Shown here: positions 19,501-29,733 of the stretch, one piece after another | Numbering within the stretch: the first letter of the stretch is position 1 | Layout: each line of letters begins with the position of its first letter | IMG/VR virus record: IMGVR_UViG_3300031111_000003 | Span: 2,165 to 66,164 of that record | Origin: a virus | Lineage: Duplodnaviria; Caudoviricetes | Strand: one strand, 5' to 3' | DNA length: 64,000 nt | Program-made: the position numbers and the translations under genes | Notes under the pieces: generated by a model | The model's input: only the letters and a program-made list of their open reading frames with translations | What the model was told of the DNA's origin: nothing | The model's database searches: none

Positions 19501-22010
19501 CAGCGCGTCCTTGTGCTTATCCATTGTCGGCCTCCTTCGGCCAAAGTGCTCTACGCAAATTTTCAAGTTTCTCCGCATCAGACAAGGGGCGAGTGGCCAA
19601 ATGGAAAGTGCTGTATGACAGGATAGACTCAAGCCGCTGTATGATGCAGCACCCACAGAGCAGCCCCGCGCCCTTGGCCTTCCCTTCTGGCTTGATCTTT
19701 TCCCAGACGTAATCGGGGACAATCAAGTCCATGGTGTATTGGCGTCCGCACCCTTGACATATGCAACTCATTTGTCTTCCTCCCAGCCCTCGGGCATGCC
19801 GGTGCGCTTGAACGTGTTGGCGAATACCCATGGGTTGGCGTCCCAGCCCAGGCCCCGCTTGGCGTAGATGGAGTCCCAGAGGGTGCGGAAAGCGGTAAAG
19901 ATGCCAGCATGATATGTGGAACCGTCCGCCGTCCAAAGGCCGAGTTTTGTCGGATGTGCTTTTATGCCTTCCGCCATTGCATCGCGGACCGTGATGTCCT
20001 GCACCCGCTGGACTTGCACGTCTTCCACTTCGAGGAACAGCCGGGCGGCCTCGCGGAATATGCCGTTGGGGATGCCGTGAAATTTCCGCGCCCAAAACGG
20101 CAAGTCACCGCCGCCAATGCGCTTCGGGAGGTCAATCCATTCCGATACCGTCCCGTCGGCAGGATATTTGACCTTTACCCTGGCAGGAACTCCAATGCCG
20201 CTATACGACGCCGCCACCACCCGCCCCGGTTCCCTGACCCAGAGAATATCGCCGCGCTGGTAGGGGGGCAATATCAGCCTTGCATGTTCGTCATAGACGT
20301 TGGGACCATCCTGCATGAACGGTTGCGGATTCACCGGCCTTCGCGTGTTCGTCTTCACGAAGTCCGTGCTCCCACAGGTGCAGGGAAACTCGACGCTCAC
20401 GCGACCACAACGGGCACAGGTCATGATCGCCCGCGTCATGGCGGCGGTGAACGGAATGGCTTTGCAGGTCATGAGTTGGCTCCATATTTTGAGGCTAGCC
20501 AAGCCGCGACTCGCTTGGACACGGCAGCATCGCCGTCGTTGGTGGATTCGAGCCATGCCATAATTTGGTCCAGCATGTTCATGGCTGCAAGCTCTGGGTT
20601 TTGTTCGGGCTCGACGGTCACGTTCATTTTGAGCGTTTCTTGGTTCATTTCCCACCCTCCTTGTCTCCGGGCATGATTTCGCCCTCCAGGTCGAGTCGGG
20701 CCGCACTTTTTTCCACGCTTGGCGCGGCAAAGTGATCGGAGACGGTACCGGCTTCCCAGAAATTTGCCCTATTCCGGTATGCCGCATGTCCGCTTGGCCA
20801 AACTCATACCCCTCATAAAACGATCTGCGCATGGCCGTGATGCCCACCTCCACGGCCTTCTCCGCGTCCTCGGCCTTGACGTACAGGGTCGCGTCCATCT
20901 CTTTGGTTTTTTCGGTCCATCCGGGGCCGGTGCACATCATGCGTTCGTGTTGGAGTTGTTTCAAAGACTTCGCGTCCATGGGGTCCTCCTTCGTTTTCAG
21001 TCCGTCCCCCATCGCCCCGGTCGCCCGAGGCTGATGGGAGGGAGGGGCTAGGTTGTTGCCTTACGCCTTCGGCGGTTGACATATCGACGGTGACACGTTC
21101 CTCACCGCACTCACAGTGGCCGATGCAGCCGCAAGCCAACTGTTCCTCCTTGGGCCCATCCTCCTTCAACTGGTAGACCTTGCATAGTGGATAGTTGCGC
21201 AACAGTTCAACATACCCATCAGCAACGGCCTTGGCACATGCATTGTCAAGGATGCTACCGTGCTTAGCCATGATGCAGCGGTCTTCCCGGTCCATCGCAA
21301 TGTTCACCACCAGTGGATCACGTTCGGTATCACTCATCATCACCCTCCCCTCTTACCATTTTTACCAGTTCTGTATTCCTTGCCTCCAGGTGCCCTATTT
21401 TTACCCTGGCTCGATACAGTTCCACTCGGCACAATATATGGTCTGCCAGCAACACTTTTGGCCACCGTTTGTAATATTCCCGTATCTCATATTCATCCGG
21501 GGCCTGTACCGTTTTTGGTAAACCACTAGCCTCCCCCATCCGGCCCATCAGGTCGTCCATGCGGTCCTGGGTTCGGCACGATGCTCGGTACGCTCCCAGG
21601 AGGCACGCCCCGTGGTAGTACAGGACCACGCCGTCACCCACCTCGTCCTTGACCGTGCTGTGGGCTCGGGGGTTGAGGTCCTTGTGGCAGATGGAGCAGA
21701 TGATCACGGAGTGGATCCTTTGTCCGGTTTGGTACAGTTGCACGATTTCGGCATGTTGCACGCGTACTCGTCGTTCCAGTCTATGACCGGGGAAGGAGTA
21801 CCATCCCTGCTTATGAGGAACGCTTGGCCCGTCTGTTCCCCGTCGAAGCAGGCACAGTAAGGAGTAGGCAGGTTAGATTCCACAATTGGCACTGTAGTTT
21901 CCGTCTGGCGCTGGACTCCGTCTGATATGATAAGTATGAAAATTACCGCCGCTATGGTAACCCAGGTCACAGAAATTGCAACGGAGTCACCGTCGAAAAA
22001 TGAATATAGT
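16575..22010 (-). other. mosaic array of small hypothetical ORFs
   Basis: tightly packed minus-strand ORFs (e.g. 16575-16829, 17199-17507, 17494-18582, 18572-18856, 18856-19524, 19517-19771, 20469-20648) with abrupt GC shifts and several CxxC motifs. Confidence 0.7.
19768..20472 (-). CDS. ASCH/PUA-like phage protein
   Basis: I.F...M.RAI, KT.TRR, PY..GD.LWVRE, R..LEV..V...RVQDI...A.AEG and W..NPWV motifs; start at ATG 20472. Confidence 0.7.
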   Translation of the reverse strand: MTCKAIPFTAAMTRAIMTCARCGRVSVEFPCTCGSTDFVKTNTRRPVNPQPFMQDGPNVYDEHARLILPPYQRGDILWVREPGRVVAASYSGIGVPARVKVKYPADGTVSEWIDLPKRIGGGDLPFWARKFHGIPNGIFREAARLFLEVEDVQVQRVQDITVRDAMAEGIKAHPTKLGLWTADGSTYHAGIFTAFRTLWDSIYAKRGLGWDANPWVFANTFKRTGMPEGWEEDK

Positions 22011-22017
22011 CCCATGG

Positions 22018-22434
22018 CTAGTAATGCTCCGTGATGGTGAGGTGGAATCGCAGATCGGCAGGGGCTATTCCTCTTTTGAACAGCTCCGTAAAGCCACCGA
22101 ACGCTTTGCCGCTTGCCAGCACGGCCCGGTCCGCTCCCAGGTGTCCGAACGACGAGCCTAGGATAATGCACCCCGCCGTGTCGTCGTCCGTATTCCCCTT
22201 GTGGAACAGGATGTTGGTCCGGCCCGGCACGTCCTTGACCATGAACGTCTCCCCGAACTTGGGAGACTGGTGGCGCACCGCGATGTACTGGCCCGGCGGG
22301 ATGGCCGAGATATTGTTGGCGTTCAGTCGATCCCTGGGCTCCAGGGTGCAGCAGAAGGCCTGCTTGTCGATCTTGAGGACGCCGAAGGTTCCCTGTTCGC
22401 CAGACTCCAGTCGTACGAGTTCAACGATACGCAT
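22018..22434 (-). CDS. DUF5675-family protein (L,D-transpeptidase-like fold, candidate lysin)
   Basis: T.G.L......C.TLE, IP.G.Y, VPGR..IL.H.GN...DT.GCI..G motifs. Confidence 0.75.
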   Translation of the reverse strand: MRIVELVRLESGEQGTFGVLKIDKQAFCCTLEPRDRLNANNISAIPPGQYIAVRHQSPKFGETFMVKDVPGRTNILFHKGNTDDDTAGCIILGSSFGHLGADRAVLASGKAFGGFTELFKRGIAPADLRFHLTITEHY

Positions 22435-22891
22435 GTGGCCCTCCTTACAGGTTGTTCATTGCTTCTTCCAGCGAATTTTGCATGCGCTGTATCTTGATGG
22501 CAACGAAGGCCATGACTTCATCCTCGTCGTAGGACTCTTCGTCTATTTCCTTCAATTTTGAAAGATGTGCGGCCACATTCTTTCCGGCATCGGCGAAACC
22601 ATCCACTACTTCTGTCAGTTCCTTCTTCCACTCTTCAATGGTCATGTCAATGCTCCTAGTAGTTGACTTCATGGGTTTCGACCACGCGGCCGATGCAGCA
22701 AAGTATCAAACCATACTTCATGCCGTGTTCAGTCATGTACTGTAGGCTGATATCCACCTTGAGACCAAGGCGACTGGCCTCGTGTAAAGCGGCGTTGAGG
22801 TTGTTGGCGGTCTCGCGCACAGCAGCGGCTGCTTCACGCTTTTCCTTCACGGCCTGTTCATGCTGAGTGGGCATGGTCTGTCTCCTTGTGT

Positions 22892-23113
22892 TTACCATCT
22901 GACTTCAACTGGTTCAATAGGTTTTGCATCGTCCTTTGGAAGTGGCGGTCTGTTCCCTGTGTCTTTCCCCTCTCCACAGTAATCCCCCGCCCGCACCACC
23001 GGCCATATACCCCTTTTCCCAGGCTCTGTTGCTTTCGGCGGATATATCCGGCATTCAAATTGCCCAAAGTCCGGTAATTGGTGAGAGTATTGACAGTCTT
23101 CACATTTGATCAT
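22892..23113 (-). CDS. small Cys-rich phage protein
   Basis: C..C.Y...CR..PP...WP.V...D.CGE pattern. Confidence 0.55.
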   Translation of the reverse strand: MIKCEDCQYSHQLPDFGQFECRIYPPKATEPGKRGIWPVVRAGDYCGEGKDTGNRPPLPKDDAKPIEPVEVRW

Positions 23114-23888
23114 TGTACAGCCCCTTTTCCTTGGCCGCCATGTACAAGTCCTCGTACATGGCGGGCATGGCTTCGTACAGCTCGGCCAGCAGGGGCAGCA
23201 TGAGGGCCTGCATCTGCGGGTGGGGCTTGCCCGTGGTACCAACAGCCCGAAGTGCCATGATGTGCCGCCACTCGCGCAGGTTGCCGCCGACGACGATTTC
23301 GGTCTTGAGGGAGTTGGGGAGAACCTCGCGGGCGAACTCTGGGGGCCACAGTTCCCCACCCCACGATTGGCGCAATTCTTGGTAGTGCACTTCTGCCCTG
23401 GCAATCGCCAGAAGCCAAGACACCAATGGACAGTTGCTTTTTGTAGAGTTCACCAGTTCCACAGAGTTGTGTTCCATGCACACGCTCTTATCCACCCACA
23501 CCGGCCTGATGAACTCGACATGTCCATCCTTGTAGTCGCAGAACCGCGTGCTCTCCTGGGCGAACGAAGCGATGCGGTGCCGAACCATCTCGTGCGTGAC
23601 GCCCCGGTTGGTGATGAACTTGACGGCGATCCAGCCGAACTCCAGCATGGCGTGGTGGCCACGCTTGATCAGCATGCGAACGAATTTGTTGCTGGAGTGA
23701 TGAGGGCAACTAGGACCATGACAGGCTGTCCCGCCCTGACAACCAGTGAACTCCTGTCGCTGTTCTTTGGGTACAGTGCACCCTATCTTGTCCTCGCTCT
23801 TGTAGCACGTCCGCCCAGCCCGTTCCACCAGGGCCAGTGCGTTCGGGTCCATCGCCAGTATCTCGTGTCCTTGCTCAACGATTCTCAT
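23100..23888 (-). CDS. thyX: flavin-dependent thymidylate synthase
   Basis: GH...LE, RGVTHEMVRHR.ASF.QESTR (RHRx7S), AREVLPN and NLREWRH motifs. Confidence 0.92.
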   Translation of the reverse strand: MRIVEQGHEILAMDPNALALVERAGRTCYKSEDKIGCTVPKEQRQEFTGCQGGTACHGPSCPHHSSNKFVRMLIKRGHHAMLEFGWIAVKFITNRGVTHEMVRHRIASFAQESTRFCDYKDGHVEFIRPVWVDKSVCMEHNSVELVNSTKSNCPLVSWLLAIARAEVHYQELRQSWGGELWPPEFAREVLPNSLKTEIVVGGNLREWRHIMALRAVGTTGKPHPQMQALMLPLLAELYEAMPAMYEDLYMAAKEKGLYNDQM

Positions 23889-24782
23889 CTTTATCCCCTT
23901 GGTGAGTTTTTGTGCACAATGGCACCGCCGATACCACCATTTTCGTGTGGAATTGCAGAAAATATCACCCCGTACCGTATGCAAATCTCGCGTATTGATT
24001 CAAATGTCGCTTCAACAGAGCAGTTATTGGAGGTGGCGTTGAGAATCGCCAGTATTTCATCAACCTCTGCTTCCGGGACTCCAATAAACGTGATTTGCAC
24101 TCCGTTTGGTCCTAAATAGTCGCTGATTTCCATATTTGTCCTCCTTATGCCCCTTTCTAATAATTTTCTTCTTCTTGGTTTTTGAAAAATGCTTTTCTTG
24201 CTGCTTCCAACTCAGCAGCAAGATCTTTCTTGTCACTCCGAAGTGCCGCCACTACGGCCCGCAGTGTTCGATTCAATTTGTCCATTCTGTGGTCCTCCAC
24301 TTCATAAATCACTACGGGACGGGTTTTTTGATTAGCCATTTGTTTCCTCCTGTAAACTTACTTCGTATGTGGTTGTGGCTTTTGCTCCACTGAGCAACCT
24401 GTCATACGCCAGCAACTGATCCACAGTTCCTCGAGGTGATACGTAACCAAGCCGGGCCTTGAGGTGGTGTAAAAGCTGTTCTTCAGGTACCTCAGGAGGT
24501 ACTATAAGCTCAATTTGGAGGGTGAGAGTCGCGTGGCGCATTACAAATCTTCCCTTTTGAATTTGAGTGGCACATACTGCATTTCGTAGCGAATCATCAC
24601 CGAGTTCTGCATGTAATCGAATCCGAGGAACCGAAAAGTACGCCGGTGGGTGCGGCGGTATGGATTTGGTTCTGCACAAGCAGAATCCAAGAGTGCCCGC
24701 GCCGCCAGTAGTCCCACACGGTAGTCTTCCGCAGTCGTTTTCTGGCGGGCGAAGCTGGTGTGTAATTCACGAGGTTGCATGC

Positions 24783-25442
24783 TCATTTTTCTCTGGACCT
24801 CCGTGGTTTTCTTCTGCGCCTGGAAACGGGGCTGCATTCTAATTTCTCCTTGCTGGACATGTCAAAGACCTTGTCAGCCGTGGCAACCAGGGAGGGGTCG
24901 TGACTGACCATCAGTATCTGTACTCCGAGTCGGGTGGCCAATTCTTTGATGATCGCGGCACCACGTTCTGGCATGTCTCCCCCCTTCAAGAACTTGAGGG
25001 GTTCGTCCAGTACTAACAGGGACCTTGTTCGAGGTGCTCTGAGAGTCCATAGTGAAATTTGCAGGGCCAGCGCGGCCGCATCCACCGGTCCACCGCCAGC
25101 ACACGCCATGGGATCCACCTCGTGTCCAGAGCGGGCGAACAGAAGACGGGCAGCGGTCTTACCGCGGTGCTCTTCAAACCGCAACACCAGTTCGTAGGGG
25201 TCGTCGAATACTGACGACAGCGCTAGGCTGGCGAGTTCGCTAATCTTGTATTCTAGTTGTTTCTGGGTAGCCTGAGCAACTGTTTGGATGATTTCTTGCG
25301 CTATCTTGGCGTCAGCGAGACGGTCTTCGGCCACTTCGAACTTCGCTCCGGCAGAGTCTAGGGCTCGGCGGGCTTGGGCGCGTTCGCCGAGCTTCCGATT
25401 CAGGATCCGCTCCCAGGTGGGCAGATTACGAGACGAGTTCAC
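24783..25442 (-). CDS. SbcC/Rad50 C-terminal ABC-ATPase half
   Basis: signature-like AGGG, Walker B/D-loop LLVLDEP, H-loop MVSH; GTG start 25442. Confidence 0.8.
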   Translation of the reverse strand: MNSSRNLPTWERILNRKLGERAQARRALDSAGAKFEVAEDRLADAKIAQEIIQTVAQATQKQLEYKISELASLALSSVFDDPYELVLRFEEHRGKTAARLLFARSGHEVDPMACAGGGPVDAAALALQISLWTLRAPRTRSLLVLDEPLKFLKGGDMPERGAAIIKELATRLGVQILMVSHDPSLVATADKVFDMSSKEKLECSPVSRRRRKPRRSREK

Positions 25443-25674
25443 CGTATTCCCCTTCAAGCTCGTCGAGCCCGTTGGCAATCTTGTCTTCGAGGTCCTGCCC
25501 CTTTCGGCGCAGTTTTTTCAGCGCCTTTTCAGCAGCAGCCACGGTCTTGTAGCCGAGGGATTTCAGTTCCTGTTCGGCTGCTTCCAGGGCTCCAGCAGCC
25601 CGGTCCTTTTCCGTTTGGTTGTCTTCGACAGCCTGCTTGAGTTCGGCCAGACGTTTTGCGTTAGTCGTCGACAT
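25426..25674 (-). CDS. 82-aa coiled-coil protein, likely middle piece of split SbcC
   Basis: heptad-rich; directly upstream of the C-terminal ATPase half. Confidence 0.55.
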   Translation of the reverse strand: MSTTNAKRLAELKQAVEDNQTEKDRAAGALEAAEQELKSLGYKTVAAAEKALKKLRRKGQDLEDKIANGLDELEGEYGELVS

Positions 25675-26251
25675 AAGGATTATCCTCATTTTGGTTAGTA
25701 GAAAGTCCTTGAATACGATTGAGTTCTTTGCACATTTGACATTGTGCCAAATCAACGTAAAGCAGCCCATGTGGTGGCCCGGCCCAACGGCCTGTCCAGT
25801 TTTCCAATTTATCCACGATCATCTTACCATTGATGATTTCTTTACCACCTGCAAACGATCCAGAACCATGTTCTTCTGCTTCCTGTTTCGTTGTTTCTTT
25901 GGTATGTGGGGGAATGAATACGTAAGCAAACAGTTCATTCTCCATAAACGGATTTCGAAATACTTCCACAATACCCAGGCGTTCCCCGTTCGGTCCAGGC
26001 AGTGGCCCGTCGTAGTAGAAGTGGCCGGGGTGCTCCGGTTGCTTGTCTGTCCAGTCATAGAGGAAGCGGGGTTGTACTGGGGCACAGGCAACCAGATCTT
26101 CGACCACTTCGGCAGCCTTTTCTTCTCTTTTCAAACAGTAGTACTCCTCCAGACAATCCTCCCAAAAATCCTCGCAGGTGTCACAATCTTCATATTGATC
26201 CACATCCTTACCGAATGTGTGACCGAAGGGACACTTTTTCTCGTCAGTCAT
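25661..26251 (-). CDS. hypothetical protein with N-terminal 4-Cys module
   Basis: CPFGHTFGKDVDQYEDCDTCEDFWEDC; GGAGGGAG SD. Confidence 0.6.
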   Translation of the reverse strand: MTDEKKCPFGHTFGKDVDQYEDCDTCEDFWEDCLEEYYCLKREEKAAEVVEDLVACAPVQPRFLYDWTDKQPEHPGHFYYDGPLPGPNGERLGIVEVFRNPFMENELFAYVFIPPHTKETTKQEAEEHGSGSFAGGKEIINGKMIVDKLENWTGRWAGPPHGLLYVDLAQCQMCKELNRIQGLSTNQNEDNPYVDD

Positions 26252-27206
26252 TTTCTCCCTCCATGGCTTCGTTAATGATGATGCGGAGCCGCTTTGGCAG
26301 CTTATTCACCCGCATGTATTCGTCCAGGTTGTGGCGGAAGGATAGCTCCACCTCAAACTCATGTTCCAAAGTTTCCACGAACGCCGAAATGCGTTGCTCT
26401 TGTTGGGACTCCCGTTCCAGGTGTTCCCGGCTGACAGCGTCTCGGTCGAACGGCAACGGCTCGATTACGATGCTGTTATTCTTGGCGTAGTACAGATACA
26501 TGCGGGGATCGTGGTCCACTTGGTCAGCACTGATCCGCATCAGGGAGCCAGGCACCAGAATCTTACGTCCGTTCTTGAAGCTGGTCAGGCTGGGCGTGTG
26601 GTTGTCCCCGGCGACCACGAGGTCATATCCTTTGAACTTGCGAAGCAGGGCCTTATCTGTGGGGGCCACACAGCCTGGCCAGGGGGCCTTGCCTTTGTAG
26701 GTGAAGGTATGGGTCAGGGCCACAATACGAAGTTCTGGTGTGGAATCCCAATCCGTAGGACGTTCAGGCGTTGTTCCCCAAGGCCAGCCTACAATGACAG
26801 CAGAACAATCTGGGAGGAGGACACCTTCTGCCGGACCTAGGATCCTCACCACACCAGCGGCCTCAAGAACACCAAGGGTGGACTTTTCAACCCGGTCCAG
26901 ACGGTGTGCTGGAAGATCGTGCTGTCCGCAGACAACGTATGAATCCGGTGGGAAATATTTGATGAGCCAGCGCAGGAACCACGGTGGATTGTTCCAGCGG
27001 TGTGTGATGTCCCCAGCGACGAAGATGGGAACAGGCTCACGCCATTGGCTGCGGAAGGCTTGGATATATTCCAGCTTGGTCCACATGGCGTGCAGAAACT
27101 CCCCCTCCTGCCTGCACTTTGGTGTGGTCGGCTGGAGGTGGAGGTCCGCGAGAAATATGGCGTCAGGGCGGGGTGGTTGTTCCATCAGCTTGATCTCCCT
27201 GTCCAA
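26244..27206 (-). CDS. SbcD/Mre11-like metallophosphoesterase nuclease
   Basis: DLH, GD, GQHD, H and GDNH motifs; PGSL.R; start uncertain. Confidence 0.88.
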   Translation of the reverse strand: MDREIKLMEQPPRPDAIFLADLHLQPTTPKCRQEGEFLHAMWTKLEYIQAFRSQWREPVPIFVAGDITHRWNNPPWFLRWLIKYFPPDSYVVCGQHDLPAHRLDRVEKSTLGVLEAAGVVRILGPAEGVLLPDCSAVIVGWPWGTTPERPTDWDSTPELRIVALTHTFTYKGKAPWPGCVAPTDKALLRKFKGYDLVVAGDNHTPSLTSFKNGRKILVPGSLMRISADQVDHDPRMYLYYAKNNSIVIEPLPFDRDAVSREHLERESQQEQRISAFVETLEHEFEVELSFRHNLDEYMRVNKLPKRLRIIINEAMEGEND

Positions 27207-27985
27207 GTATAGCTATCACTTGGCCCTGTGGGACAAACGGGGGGCTTGACGTGCTTATGTTTATCAACGGGAACGAGTTTGCCACTCACCAAATTGAATT
27301 CGCCAAAGTACTCTTCGATGGTTGTGGTTTTGGACACGTCATCTAAACGAATGTCCAATTCCCCCTCCGTTTCCACGTTGAGGTGACACATCTCGCTGAC
27401 GATGCCACGATAAAGATTCATCGCAGTTTTTCTGATAGCTGCATCAGGATGTTTATACCCCACGATTTCTAAGGTATAGATGAAGTGAGATACGAAATGG
27501 AGGGTGCAATAATTGAGTTCATTCTCCATATCTTCCCAACTAGCAACATCCTTTTTACGACACATAAATGTATGATTCTTGTCCGCGTTGCCCAAAACCA
27601 CACCCCGAACAAATGCCTCGGCCTGCCCTTTTAATTCGTCCAGCGTATCGGCCTCGAACTCACGCCTGGAAATTGTTTTTCCCAATAGTCGAATGCTAAC
27701 AGAGCCATCCCACTTGGGGCCGTAGTGTGTCTTTGGCGGGTAAAATCGGCTGGACACATCAACTAGTGGTCCATCGAAATCCAGCTTAAACCCACAGTCG
27801 AACGACCACATGGGCTCATACCAGTTCCCGGGATCACCCTTACCCTCGTTCGCTTTGTCTGCCCAAGCGTTTGCCTCGTCATAGGATTTAGGACATCCAG
27901 GAAGCGGATTGCCGCCATTTATAACGACTGTCCCGCGATCGTGTTCAATGATGCCGCCGTTGGTTTGCTTTATCGTATAGGCCAT
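27185..27985 (-). CDS. hypothetical protein (lower GC) between SbcC-N and SbcD
   Basis: TAATG coupling to the SbcC-N stop; GGAGG SD. Confidence 0.6.
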   Translation of the reverse strand: MAYTIKQTNGGIIEHDRGTVVINGGNPLPGCPKSYDEANAWADKANEGKGDPGNWYEPMWSFDCGFKLDFDGPLVDVSSRFYPPKTHYGPKWDGSVSIRLLGKTISRREFEADTLDELKGQAEAFVRGVVLGNADKNHTFMCRKKDVASWEDMENELNYCTLHFVSHFIYTLEIVGYKHPDAAIRKTAMNLYRGIVSEMCHLNVETEGELDIRLDDVSKTTTIEEYFGEFNLVSGKLVPVDKHKHVKPPVCPTGPSDSYTWTGRSS

Positions 27986-28893
27986 TACTTCCTCCTGGAT
28001 CCACACAGTGGACAAATGTTGGGCATTTGTTTCTCGAACCGCTTCTTGGCCTGGGTCAGATCATGTTCAGCGACCTTCACTAAGGCTTGTTTATTCCGCA
28101 CCGAATCGATGGCTCTGGCCAATCGAGATACCTGTTTGGTTATAGCCTTCTTGGCGTCGATGTGATCCTGGATCTGCTGCAGCTTGTCCTTCAGTTGGGA
28201 CAGATCAGGCAGCGTGTCAACCCGCTTTTGCAGCCCTGTGATCTTCGCGACGACACCCGCCAGCTCGTCGAAGGATTTTTTCACCTTGTTCAGCTTGGCC
28301 TGCTTGCGCTGTAACGCCAGCACCTGCTTTTTGAGCTCTGAGAGGTATGAGAATGTGTTCAAGGCCTCTTGTGCGGCCTTTATGGCGTTGTCGGCTTCGG
28401 AAAGTCCCTGTTGGTCCCTACGGACCCGCAAGGAGATATTACGCAGTGCCCTGTCGATATCGTCCAGGTTGGCAAACTCGTTGATGGTGCGGGCCACCTC
28501 CAGTGGGCTCGCTGACAAGAGGAACGGACTGGAGTGCTGTGGGCTGAAGTTGATGTCGCCAATGTTCAGCACCTTCTGCACGTCGTCCGGAACGGACGAG
28601 CCAAACCCTTTGTACTCTTCGTCGTCAATGAGGTACAGATTCTTTGTCTTGGTGCGCCGCCGCTCCACGGTGGTTCCGTTGGCAGTTTTGACTTTGACAC
28701 TGACGGAGCTGGTCCCGTGAGTGATTAACGGATCTACGGACAGGGGTCGGTTGAACACCAACCACTGAAGGGCACGGATAACGGTGGTCTTCCCTGTATC
28801 AGACGGACCGACGATGGCGTTTACACCCTCTGCCAGATCCAAGTGCAGGAATTTGTGCCCCTGGAAGTTCTCGAGTGTGATGGACTTGATCAT
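27985..28893 (-). CDS. SbcC/Rad50 N-terminal half ending in zinc hook
   Basis: I.LENFQ.H, Walker A GPSDTGKT, Q-loop, coiled coil, terminal CPLC. Confidence 0.85.
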   Translation of the reverse strand: MIKSITLENFQGHKFLHLDLAEGVNAIVGPSDTGKTTVIRALQWLVFNRPLSVDPLITHGTSSVSVKVKTANGTTVERRRTKTKNLYLIDDEEYKGFGSSVPDDVQKVLNIGDINFSPQHSSPFLLSASPLEVARTINEFANLDDIDRALRNISLRVRRDQQGLSEADNAIKAAQEALNTFSYLSELKKQVLALQRKQAKLNKVKKSFDELAGVVAKITGLQKRVDTLPDLSQLKDKLQQIQDHIDAKKAITKQVSRLARAIDSVRNKQALVKVAEHDLTQAKKRFEKQMPNICPLCGSRRK

Positions 28894-28904
28894 ACGTTCC
28901 TCTG

Positions 28905-29345
28905 TGAAAAACAAACGAGCTTGGGGAGGCTGGCGGCTGGTGTCTATTCACCTTTGATGGACCCCCGCTAGAGCAGGAGAACACCGCCAGCCTGGCCCGG
29001 AAGGCCATGGGCCTCCACTTACGGGACGCAGTGCGTCTCGCTGGGCCAAAGAGACAAGACCGGGCCAGGCTTGATACTGGCTGGTGCTTTTTGCCGCTGC
29101 GCGCTAGGAGTTTTGCTCCGTTTTCAGCCTAGCTACTTCGCACCGCAGGCGCGCTGATCCCCTCGCGTGTCCTTCCACGCCGCCGGTCCTGTCCCAGTCG
29201 GGGGAGGGTGTGGCCGGGGGGTTGCAACAACCAACCGCATACGCAGCCAGCACCCCGGTTAGATCACACACACCGTCCCCCTGTACGATCCGCAAGCCGT
29301 CTTGCGAGTCGTCCTCAAACTCGTTCCTATTTAGTTGTCAAAGTG
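28905..29345 (-). ncRNA. candidate ~410-nt structured ncRNA/attenuator
   Basis: no credible ORF; ends pair (29312-29325 with 28914-28927); two perfect 10-11 bp internal helices plus several hairpins; boxA-like CTTTGACAACTAAATA at the 5' edge. Confidence 0.55.
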
Positions 29346-29457
29346 GCCGGGGGCCTTGTGCTTTGCCGCTTCATCGCGTTTTGCTCCACGACTTGGCGAC
29401 CCCCGGCCAGGGGTGCCCTGAATTAGAGGGCTGGCATTTGCCGATGCCCAGGTCGGC

Positions 29458-29535
29458 CTAGTGGCCGCCGTGCAGGCCGTCGCCGATGATCAGATTCGCA
29501 TCCAAATTCAACATGTGGTTCATTTGCCATCGCAT
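29458..29535 (-). CDS. 25-aa small peptide MRWQMNHMLNLDANLIIGDGLHGGH
   Basis: AAGGAGGTG SD 6 nt before ATG. Confidence 0.5.
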   Translation of the reverse strand: MRWQMNHMLNLDANLIIGDGLHGGH

Positions 29536-29607
29536 ACACATCACCTCCTTTGGATTGTTTTTTGGGTGGGGGTCTGTGACCCCCACCGGCGTTGCTTGCC
29601 TGCCGTA

Positions 29608-29733
29608 TCAGGCGGTGTGTCTGTGCTGTCCTCCGGCCAGAACGGAGCGCTCATCAGACTGAGGCCAGATCGATGGCAGGCGAAGGAGTAGAATGGGGGT
29701 CGTCCAGATCGCCCCGATCCATTCATACAGCAC
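29608..29733 (-). CDS. 41-aa small peptide MLYEWIGAIWTTPILLLRLPS...
   Basis: AAGGAG SD 8 nt before GTG. Confidence 0.4.
   Translation of the reverse strand: MLYEWIGAIWTTPILLLRLPSIWPQSDERSVLAGGQHRHTA

Noticed and set aside
19768-21012. Single 414-aa ORF as called in the track
   Set aside because: The recognisable domain starts at ATG 20472, and a separate SD-led 59-aa ORF occupies 20648-20469 in another frame, so the long call probably joins separate genes.
29590-29690. CTGATGA on the - strand at 29657-29651 as a fourth hammerhead
   Set aside because: No correctly placed GAAA or stem III/NUH; it lies inside the 41-aa ORF.
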